From assembly GCA_902500775.1 (NCBI GenBank), contig CABVRZ010000007.1:17412-81411 (forward strand): a DNA stretch of 64,000 bases, in the 5' to 3' direction. Source of the DNA: an uncultured Nitrospira sp. (lineage in GTDB: Bacteria; Nitrospirota; Nitrospiria; Nitrospirales; Nitrospiraceae). The first letter of the stretch is position 1. Each line of letters begins with the position of its first letter. Both the position numbers and the translations under genes were made by a program. Shown here piece by piece: positions 38,601-45,824 of this stretch. The notes beneath the pieces are model-generated. The model did not search any database. It saw nothing but the letters and a program-made list of their open reading frames with translations, and had not been told where the DNA came from.

Positions 38601-40985
38601 ACACGGTATGACCCGGTGCAGGACCGGCTTGTGGTCGATGTCTATGTAGATACGAATGGTGATGGGAAAGCCGACCCGACGAGAGATACAACCGTCCCGC
38701 CGGATGGGCTGTTGGATCAGGCGTTCTGTGATGACAGCCCGCATCAGTGTGATCTAACACTCGCGGATGTGACGCCGATTTGGGAGGGCGGGCGTCGCCT
38801 GGCAATGATGCCTGCGGCAAATCGAAGCATCCATACGTGGGTAGACCTCAATAACGACGGTGTAAACGATCCAGGGGAATTTGTGACGTTCACGAGTGGC
38901 AATCAAAGTAAGATCGCTGGGTACCTGAATCTCTCCGGGGCGCCGGCTGCGTTTACGGCCGCGAATGTGATGAGCTTTATCCGAGGAAACCAAGTGACCG
39001 GACTCCGCAATCGGATGCTTACGGTTAAAGACGACAGTAACGTTCCAACTCCGATGGTATGGAAGCTTGGAGATGCCGTGTATTCCACACCTGTGGTGGT
39101 TGGTGCTCCGAAAGAACGCTACGATGTCTTATATGGTGATGTTTCATACGGGACCTTTTATCAACAGTACAAGAACCGAAGGCAAGTCGCGTATTTAGGT
39201 GCGAACGACGGAATGTTACATGCATTTAATGTAGGATTTTATAACAAAGGTAATGACGCATCGACGGCGACTAAAATTGAACATGGCTGGTTTTCTAACA
39301 GCGCGACGGCTGATGGACGTGGGGTTGCTCGGGGAGATGAGCTGTGGGCCTTTATCCCCCAGGAGCTCTTGCCGCATCTGAAATGGTTAGCTGATCCAAG
39401 CTATACGCATGTGTATTACGTCGACTTGAAGCCGAAAATTACGGACGCACGAATTTTTACAGCCGATGCTGATCATCCTGGTGGTTGGGGGACGATCCTC
39501 ATCGGGGGATTTCGTATGGGGGGGAGCTGTGGAGGCTGTACGACCGGGCAGGCGACACCGATGACCTTCACTGGTGACTTTACCGGTGATGGTACAGTGG
39601 ATGCCGCACGCACGTTTTATAGCGCCTACTTTGTCTTGGACATTTCCAACCCTGAGGTGGCTCCCAAGTTACTGTGGTCGTATTCGGACAGCACACTTGG
39701 CCTGACATCGAGCTATCCAAGCATCGTTCGTGTTCGACCGTTAGGTGGAGACAAGACGCAAAGCAGTGACGAGGAATGGTTTGTGGTGTTTGGATCCGGT
39801 CCGACTAGCTACGATGGAGGAGTCGGACAGGTTGGCCGTATGTATGCCGTGAATCTGAAAGACCGCATGACGTCGGCTGCGTCAGGGACTGTCACCCAGT
39901 TCGATGCCGGCGGCGTTGCGTCGGGAGCCCCGAACTCCTTTGTCGGCGACCTTGCGACAATTGATCGGGATTTAGACTATCGAACAGACGTTGTATATGC
40001 GGGGAAAGTCATCAATGCGACTCCCTGGGAAGGGAAGTTGATTCGCCTCATGACGCATTGCTGGCAAGCAACGACTCCTGTGTGCAGTACGGATCCAAAT
40101 CAATGGGGGGTGCCGTCGGGGGGGACGCCGGCCAGGGCACCATCGGAAATTCTCTATGAGTTCAAGGATGGACCTGGGGTGAAGAAGGCGCTAGGGGCGA
40201 TTCCACAGGCTCCAGCACTTGCGCTGGATGACACGGGCAATACATGGGTATTTGCCGGGACCGGGCGTTATTACACACAGCAAAGTGGAACTGGAGATAA
40301 GAGCGACACTTCTCAGCAATATCTTGTGGGTGTGAAAGACCCTCCCTTGCTTGGCTCGAGCGGCTGCGATGATACGTCCATCACCAGCTGTCGCATCAGC
40401 GATACTGTGGCAAATGAGTTGGTCGACATGTCGACGGCCACCATCTGCTTGCTCGGTTCCGGGACATGTGATGGGACGACGACCCAGCAAGTTACAAGTG
40501 TCCCAGCAATGTCGGGTGGGGGAACCTATGCCTCTCTGATCTCTCTGGTTCAGAGCAAGAAGGGGTGGTTTACCAAATTAACAGTACCTGCTGGCGGGTT
40601 GCCTAGCGAGCGCGCCGTAGCCAATCCTGTCGTGATTGGTGGCATTGTCTTCCTCCCAACATTCCTGCCGAGCGGTGATGTCTGTATCGCCGCAGGGTCT
40701 AGCTCCTTGTATGCCCTCTATTACACGACCGGTGGCGCCTACAGTACGCCGGTTATAGGAATGACCGGGCAGAATATTAATACGAAAACCTCACTTGGCG
40801 AAGGCCTGGGCACGACCGTTGCGATTCACCTAGGTGCTCAGGGCAATGGTACGACCGGGGCAGGCAGCACAAGTGGTGTCAAAGGCTGTTCACAGTCTAG
40901 TACCGGCGCGATCAATTGCGTGAATGCCGGCACGGCGACAACGGCAGCCAGTCACTATATGTCCTGGATGAATCAACGTGATTAA
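35607..40985 (+). CDS. pilY1: PilY1/PilC type IV pilus tip adhesin (1792 aa)
   Basis: Sec signal, vWA-like start PPAVLIMMTKDHRLFFKGYND, PilC beta-propeller motifs AYLGANDGMLHAFN and ELWAFIP...YYVD, multiple Dx[DN]xDG loops. Confidence 0.93.
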   Translation: MNKLKIALLIAAIGGMVQQSAIAQVTMNNYTAYPPFITKTVPPAVLIMMTKDHRLFFKGYNDLVDLDGKKDLSGVPNTPTGRTDGIEVTYADYIDYVGYFDSKKCYSYSSPADNSFSSTGRFNPSGAAVNSGSSGTSYGHSCSGNWSGNFLNWATMARIDIIRKVLYGGKRIQDDAGTATSLTPTSGNFGTTVLGRTILPRDAHSWAKVYEGGDANEFVPNSYISSNAVTICNTNSSGTETVGFMMVLRGEFRNADSTESRQCNAGGGSFSAGDVAATYRVAVKVCDASVGLEANCDTYLDDVTPGPSNRYSMKPQGLLQRMAVNANGSAGTRDDTVTMRFGLISGSYNKNFSGGVLRSKISDLYGQEINQRTGQILGTSKVIKSVDMFRVVGYSYSSGYSAGSPENSCNPQGGVPAEATCRSWGEPFAEMFYEAIRYFRGLAGSGNATTQFYAASPDNGIQSYAIGDGTFALNTFPVVASNGYGDPYGGTPPVCEYCAKPFVLMFGDAFPSHDSDQLPGAHAWTSAPTQVTPTANDTGLNLSSLLTASSMNTLDPISSVFIGEVGGGTANSLCSAKSVTSYLNLRGLCPEEPNKYGTYYLPLLAHYAKTNDLRGALGNDTANSVKQHITTYVVASSAPVPVLEFTVGGKKVQLTPAFHSGCPEAAANAPPSDSNRYNGCTTAGQGAWASSSATGGNKGQLVGFNICSVSGDADWTTESGNGYTYCYESMWDDATYGGDFDLDIRYRIYIKTTGTTITVKTKPIYASAGNGNWAGFYINGVTANHSVTTPGPVTLNNILTGSGEYYDIRCGGSIPGSTGGTACQRYNTTGAWTNQGTAPYPTIWAERTFTVNGSTAGLLKDPLWYASKYGGFKDSDKPSTTGYNLPDKTSEWDADGDGNPDTYFYAQNPLELEGKLAAAFAAILNQTSSGTAASVLSSSSTGEGALYQSYFYPTQFEGLNEVKYTGYVHGLFVDAFGNLREDTNGDGRLVLTEDRIVVTRYDPVQDRLVVDVYVDTNGDGKADPTRDTTVPPDGLLDQAFCDDSPHQCDLTLADVTPIWEGGRRLAMMPAANRSIHTWVDLNNDGVNDPGEFVTFTSGNQSKIAGYLNLSGAPAAFTAANVMSFIRGNQVTGLRNRMLTVKDDSNVPTPMVWKLGDAVYSTPVVVGAPKERYDVLYGDVSYGTFYQQYKNRRQVAYLGANDGMLHAFNVGFYNKGNDASTATKIEHGWFSNSATADGRGVARGDELWAFIPQELLPHLKWLADPSYTHVYYVDLKPKITDARIFTADADHPGGWGTILIGGFRMGGSCGGCTTGQATPMTFTGDFTGDGTVDAARTFYSAYFVLDISNPEVAPKLLWSYSDSTLGLTSSYPSIVRVRPLGGDKTQSSDEEWFVVFGSGPTSYDGGVGQVGRMYAVNLKDRMTSAASGTVTQFDAGGVASGAPNSFVGDLATIDRDLDYRTDVVYAGKVINATPWEGKLIRLMTHCWQATTPVCSTDPNQWGVPSGGTPARAPSEILYEFKDGPGVKKALGAIPQAPALALDDTGNTWVFAGTGRYYTQQSGTGDKSDTSQQYLVGVKDPPLLGSSGCDDTSITSCRISDTVANELVDMSTATICLLGSGTCDGTTTQQVTSVPAMSGGGTYASLISLVQSKKGWFTKLTVPAGGLPSERAVANPVVIGGIVFLPTFLPSGDVCIAAGSSSLYALYYTTGGAYSTPVIGMTGQNINTKTSLGEGLGTTVAIHLGAQGNGTTGAGSTSGVKGCSQSSTGAINCVNAGTATTAASHYMSWMNQRD

Positions 40986-41049
40986 TGGAGCAACTGTTGG
41001 GGATGTTGAGCAAGGGGCCAATCTGACTGAGTTGGCTATGTAGGATGGA

Positions 41050-41994
41050 ATGATGAGTCAGATGCAAGTCGCCATAGCCATTGGGGTCGTGTGGGCAGGC
41101 ATGACTGGCTGTACCGCAGATCCCCAGCAGGTAGAAGGCAATGCGTCAGCTGATCCTGCCGCAAATCATCCACCAGTCGTGCACACCCTGAATGTGGTGC
41201 CGGATTCCATCGTCTCTCAGGGAGTCGTGATCGCTGTCGTGGAAACGAAGGATCTAGATCACGACGAAGTGCGAGTGCGCTATCAATGGAGCTTGAACGA
41301 TCGCCTTGTGCCAGGCGCGTCATCCGCAGATTTCAGTGCCAGTCAGCTTAAACGCGGTGATCGGCTTTCTCTCGAGGTCATTCCCTTTGATGGAAAAAGC
41401 GAAGGGCCACCAATCCGGATCACACGTCTTGTCGGGAATGCCCCACCTGTTGTCCAATCAGTAAGACTTGAGCCACTTGGTGCAAAAGCTGGGGATCACA
41501 TTCGAGCGGTGGTGGAGGGGGGAGACGCAGATGGGGATGCTGTTCGGTACTCGTATCGATGGGTGAGGAATAATCAAGTGGTGGTTGAGGGAGAAAACGA
41601 TTCGTTTGAAACGACAGGTTTTGCGCGTGCTGATTCTATCGCCGTGTTTGTGATGCCACGTGATGCGACAACACATGGGAAAGAGGTGTTGTCCCCATCC
41701 ATCATGCTCGAGAATCATGCTCCGAAATTTATCTCAAGCACTCCTGCGGCACTATCTCAAGCGCTATTTTCTCATGCAGTTGCAGCCATCGACCCCGAGA
41801 ATGACCCGGTCACCTACTCGTTAGAAATAGGACCGCAGGGGATGACCATCGATGGGCAGACAGGACATATCCGATGGGTGATTCCTCCGGCGTTGAACGG
41901 GACCCATCATGTAAAAGTGGTGGCAAAGGACACCCATGACGGATGGGCTTCTCAAGAGTTTGATGTTGTGCTCCACCTGCCGGCTACTTCGTAG
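41050..41994 (+). CDS. Putative lipoprotein with three Ig/cadherin-like repeats
   Basis: Lipobox-like MTGC. Repeats begin NHPPVV, NAPPVV and NHAPKF. The last resembles a putative Ig domain (AIDPENDPVTYSL...GMTID..TGHIRW). Confidence 0.75.
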   Translation: MMSQMQVAIAIGVVWAGMTGCTADPQQVEGNASADPAANHPPVVHTLNVVPDSIVSQGVVIAVVETKDLDHDEVRVRYQWSLNDRLVPGASSADFSASQLKRGDRLSLEVIPFDGKSEGPPIRITRLVGNAPPVVQSVRLEPLGAKAGDHIRAVVEGGDADGDAVRYSYRWVRNNQVVVEGENDSFETTGFARADSIAVFVMPRDATTHGKEVLSPSIMLENHAPKFISSTPAALSQALFSHAVAAIDPENDPVTYSLEIGPQGMTIDGQTGHIRWVIPPALNGTHHVKVVAKDTHDGWASQEFDVVLHLPATS

Positions 41995-42269
41995 TCTGGC
42001 GACGAAGTCCCCCAATCACCTTTTCGCCTCGCACAGAGGCGCAACGTACAAAATCTAGTAAGTCTTCCCCCCTTCGTTCGCCACGGAATTTCTGAACAGC
42101 CGGTGGGGCATTCCGTCGGTCATTTCGAATGCCGTGTGACTTCTTGAAAACCTATGTTCGTGTCAACGCCCTATTAGCAAGTCCGCTGAATCCAGCGAGA
42201 GATGACTTGATTGTCAGGTGATAAGTGGGTTTGTTAGGATAGGGAGAAGATGCTCCTAGCCAAACCAGC

Positions 42270-43337
42270 GTGAGAAAGCTCAAACTACGAGAAGGTACCG
42301 ATACCGCCGTCCTGTTCGGTTCTCATGATCGCCATCTCAAGCTCATCGAAGACGAGTTGGGCGTACGGCTCTCCGCACGTGGGGAAGAGCTGACACTTGA
42401 TGGGTTGCCCGAGGCGGTTCGCCAAGCCGAACGCATTCTCCTTGAACTTGCTTCTCTGACACACGAAGGCATTACCCTCCAAGCCGAAGATGTCACCCAT
42501 GTCCTCACGGCGTTGCGCCGAACGCCTGAGGCCTCTCTCCGAGATCTTCTCGATAAATCGGCGATGATCGTCACCAAAAAGCGATTCATTGGTCCCAAAT
42601 CACCAACTCAAAAAACCTATATCGAAGCGATCGAGCAGCACGATATCGTCATTGCGATCGGGCCGGCCGGGACGGGGAAGACCTATCTTGCCATGGCCAT
42701 GGCTGTGAGTGCGCTCCTCAATAAGGAAGTCAGTCGGATCATCCTCGCCAGACCTGCGGTCGAGGCAGGAGAAAAACTCGGTTTTCTGCCCGGTGATATC
42801 TATGAAAAGGTAAACCCCTATCTGCGGCCGCTGTACGATGCCCTCTTTGACATGATGGAAATGGAGCGGGCGAATCGGTTGATTGAACGAGGCGATATCG
42901 AAATTGCGCCCCTCGCCTTCATGCGTGGGCGAACGCTGAACGATTCATTTGTGATTCTGGATGAAGCACAGAACGCGACGGCTGAGCAGATGAAGATGTT
43001 TCTAACACGGCTTGGATTTAACTCGAAAGTGGTCATCACCGGTGATGTCACGCAGGTGGATCTGCCGAATGATCGGGTGTCCGGACTCATTCAAGTCAAG
43101 GACATCCTTCATGGCATTGAAGGAATTGCCTTTGTCTATTTTGATGAGAAGGATGTCGTACGGCACCGGCTGGTTCAGGAGATCATTAAGGCCTACGATC
43201 GTCACCAGACCCAACTCAGCAGAGATCCACAAGAGTCACGAGACCAGCGCCTATCCTCCCAGCGCCATAATCCTCGTTCACGCACCTCTCCCACGACCGG
43301 GGCATCAGCTATGACGGACGCAGAAAGTTCGGGTTGA
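42270..43337 (+). CDS. PhoH family ATPase
   Basis: GPAGTGKTYLA, RPAVEAGEKLGFLPGD, RGRTLNDSFVILDEAQN and DVVRHRLV. Confidence 0.96.
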   Translation: MRKLKLREGTDTAVLFGSHDRHLKLIEDELGVRLSARGEELTLDGLPEAVRQAERILLELASLTHEGITLQAEDVTHVLTALRRTPEASLRDLLDKSAMIVTKKRFIGPKSPTQKTYIEAIEQHDIVIAIGPAGTGKTYLAMAMAVSALLNKEVSRIILARPAVEAGEKLGFLPGDIYEKVNPYLRPLYDALFDMMEMERANRLIERGDIEIAPLAFMRGRTLNDSFVILDEAQNATAEQMKMFLTRLGFNSKVVITGDVTQVDLPNDRVSGLIQVKDILHGIEGIAFVYFDEKDVVRHRLVQEIIKAYDRHQTQLSRDPQESRDQRLSSQRHNPRSRTSPTTGASAMTDAESSG

Positions 43338-43807
43338 TGGCGATCTATCTCCGCGTGAGGCTCACGCAGCATCTCGTGCGGCAGGTGCGATTGGCCGAGT
43401 TGGCGCAACGGGTGTTATCGGCTCTCGGAGAGAGGGAATCCGAACTCAGTCTTGAGCTCATTGGTGATCGTCGCATGCAACGGCTCAATCGTGAATATCG
43501 CAAGCGGGATCGTACGACGGATGTACTGGCATTCCCAACACGTGAGGCGATTATGCCGAACGGGCTCACTTGTCGGACAAGCTTGCTCGGTGATGTCGTG
43601 ATTTCATTGCCAACGGCCGTTCGCCAAGCCAGGGCGGCGGGGCGATCCGTTGATGATGAGTTGGCGATACTCTTAGTGCACGGAGTGCTTCATCTGTGCG
43701 GCTACGATCATGAACGGAACGTGCGAGAGGCGGAGCGGATGGCTCGTCGAGAACGGGCGGTCCTGCGTCGTATCAGTCCGATTCCTCACATGGTGACTCT
43801 CCACTGA
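43334..43807 (+). CDS. ybeY: rRNA maturation endoribonuclease YbeY
   Basis: LNREYR...TTDVLAFP, LGDVVIS and zinc motif HGVLHLCGYDH. Confidence 0.95.
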   Translation: MMAIYLRVRLTQHLVRQVRLAELAQRVLSALGERESELSLELIGDRRMQRLNREYRKRDRTTDVLAFPTREAIMPNGLTCRTSLLGDVVISLPTAVRQARAAGRSVDDELAILLVHGVLHLCGYDHERNVREAERMARRERAVLRRISPIPHMVTLH

Positions 43808-43979
43808 CGCGGCGGGTTGATCGATCAGTGATGAGTCGGCGATGCGTTTGGTGTATGGGTGTTTCATCTGTGTGTGTACGATCATGAACGGAACGTGCGA
43901 GAAGCGGAGCGGATGGCTCGTCGAGAACGGGCGGTCCTGCGTCGTATCGCTCCGATCTCTCATATGGTGACCCTCCGCA
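43632..43979 (+). repeat. Imperfect tandem duplication, period 174 bp, of the ybeY 3' end
   Basis: 43703-43803 is nearly identical to 43877-43977. The 5' parts (43632-43702 and 43808-43876) are degenerate copies. Confidence 0.92.
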
Positions 43980-44005
43980 CGGGACGACGGATAAGGGGCG
44001 ACTGA
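43808..44005 (+). pseudogene. Second, 5'-degenerate copy of the ybeY C-terminus
   Basis: Same frame as ybeY, reading DHERNVREAERMARRERAVLRRIAPISHMVTLRTGRRIRGD-stop. An in-frame stop lies at 43829 and the HGVLH motif is broken. Confidence 0.75.
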
Positions 44006-44007
44006 CT

Positions 44008-44943
44008 ATGGGATGGTTTCAGCGACTCAGCGACGGGCTTGGCAAGACGCGGGGTGTGGTTCAGCAATCACTGGATCGCTTCCTTGGGCGCACACCCGAC
44101 CAAGAGTTATTGGAGGACCTCGAAGCCTCGCTACTGACGGCTGATCTCGGTGTCCGAGTCGTCGAACGTTTGATGCGAAAGGTCAATGAGGAAACACGTG
44201 GGGCTGAGGGAAAAACGACGGAGGGACTTCAGAATGTCTTGAGTCAATCGCTCTACGGGATCCTAAAACCCGTTGCGGATGTCACGCTCGATCGTCTTGT
44301 CGCCGACGGTCCTACGCCATTTGTCTTCTTGGTCGTCGGCGTGAATGGAGTCGGTAAGACCACAACGATCGCCAAGATGGCACAGCGGATGGTGCAGTCT
44401 GGGCGACGGCCCCTGCTTGTCGCAGCAGACACCTTTCGAGCAGCTGCGATCGAACAACTGCAAGTCTGGGGAGATCGCATCGGCGTGGAGGTCGTTTGTC
44501 AGCGGCATGGCGCTGATCCTGCGGCCGTGGCGTTTGATGGGATTGTTGCAGCCAAGGCGCGCAAGGTCGATGTGGTGCTGATCGACACTGCCGGCCGATT
44601 ACATACGAAGTCGAACTTGATGGATGAGTTGCGGAAAGTGAAACGAGTGATCGCTCAGGAGTTTCCTGGCGCGCCCCATGAAGTACTCCTAGTTTTGGAT
44701 GCCACGCTCGGGCAGAACGCGCTGGCACAGGCCCGTCAATTTCATGAGGCAGTGGGGGTCAGTGGCCTTGTGCTCACGAAGCTCGATGGAACGGCGCGGG
44801 GTGGGATTGTCGTGGCGATCGCCGAAGAACTGACAATTCCCATCCGTTTGATCGGTGTTGGAGAGGGCGTTGAGGATCTGCAGGACTTCAATGCCGAAGC
44901 CTTTGTGGCTGCGCTGTTCGGGAAGACTGAGACCCACTCGTAA
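44008..44943 (+). CDS. ftsY: Signal recognition particle receptor FtsY
   Basis: GVNGVGKTTTIAK, DTFRAAAIEQL, DTAGR and TKLDGTARGG. NG domain without an acidic extension. Confidence 0.98.
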   Translation: MGWFQRLSDGLGKTRGVVQQSLDRFLGRTPDQELLEDLEASLLTADLGVRVVERLMRKVNEETRGAEGKTTEGLQNVLSQSLYGILKPVADVTLDRLVADGPTPFVFLVVGVNGVGKTTTIAKMAQRMVQSGRRPLLVAADTFRAAAIEQLQVWGDRIGVEVVCQRHGADPAAVAFDGIVAAKARKVDVVLIDTAGRLHTKSNLMDELRKVKRVIAQEFPGAPHEVLLVLDATLGQNALAQARQFHEAVGVSGLVLTKLDGTARGGIVVAIAEELTIPIRLIGVGEGVEDLQDFNAEAFVAALFGKTETHS

Positions 44944-45024
44944 ACCGCGCATTGTCTTCTCTCATTTCCCCCTCTCGTGCTACGCTTGTTCAGGATAGCT
45001 AATGTTTCCAAAGCATGAGGGTGG

Positions 45025-45813
45025 ATGATGATGAAGCTCTTGATCGTAGATGACGATCAAATGAATTGCGACCTCCTCCAAGAGTTGTTCAGTCGACAAG
45101 GATATGACGTCATCCTCGCCACGAGCGGGAGAGAGGGTCTCGACCTATTTCGCGAGATCAACCCAAAAGTGACACTGCTCGATCTTCGTATGCCAGAGAT
45201 GGATGGATTGACCGTGTTGAAGGAGATTCGGGCCATCGATCCTCACGCGCCCGTGATTATCTTAGGCGGTGGGGCAACCGATGTGCATGAAAATCAAGCG
45301 CGAGCCTTGCGGGCCACCGATTTTATCCGGAAAGGCTTGTCGTTGGACATTCTTGTTGAAGCGGTCAACCGAGTCTCAAAGCTTCCAGGGCCGTTGGTGG
45401 CGACACAGCCTCCGTGTGCGGACGGAGAGATCGAACTGCAAAGCAGAGAGTCGGTTCTGGTGGTGGATGATGAACCCCTGGTCTGCGATCTATTCGTCCA
45501 GTTCTTAAATCTCCGCGGGTATCGTGCGTTCGGTGTAAGAGGCGGACAGGATGCCCTCCGGATGGTCGACGAGGTGCACCCAGATGTGATTCTGCTCGAT
45601 ATGATCATGCCGGGGATGTCGGGGATCGATGTGCTTCGAGCCCTGCGGGACAGGGAGTATCCGGGCGGTATCATCATTATGACGGGGAGTCAAAACGAGG
45701 AGCTGTTGGGAACGGCGTGGAGCCTGGGTCCCCAGGAGCTGCTCGTCAAACCAGTTGACCTTGACCGCCTTTTGATGGCGATCCAGCTTGTACTCGTCTG
45801 CCGCGAGTGCTAA
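45025..45813 (+). CDS. Response regulator with two receiver domains and no output domain
   Basis: IVDDD...LLDLRMP and VVDDE...LLDMIMP...LVKP. Ends in CREC-stop. Confidence 0.9.
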   Translation: MMMKLLIVDDDQMNCDLLQELFSRQGYDVILATSGREGLDLFREINPKVTLLDLRMPEMDGLTVLKEIRAIDPHAPVIILGGGATDVHENQARALRATDFIRKGLSLDILVEAVNRVSKLPGPLVATQPPCADGEIELQSRESVLVVDDEPLVCDLFVQFLNLRGYRAFGVRGGQDALRMVDEVHPDVILLDMIMPGMSGIDVLRALRDREYPGGIIIMTGSQNEELLGTAWSLGPQELLVKPVDLDRLLMAIQLVLVCREC

Positions 45814-45824
45814 AACGCTTCCTG

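Noticed and set aside
39330-39338. RGD tripeptide in PilY1, as in the integrin-binding PilY1 of Pseudomonas
   Set aside because: It falls within the conserved G-x-ELWAFIP propeller motif (ARGDELWAFIP). It is likely coincidental, and nothing supports a eukaryotic host interaction.
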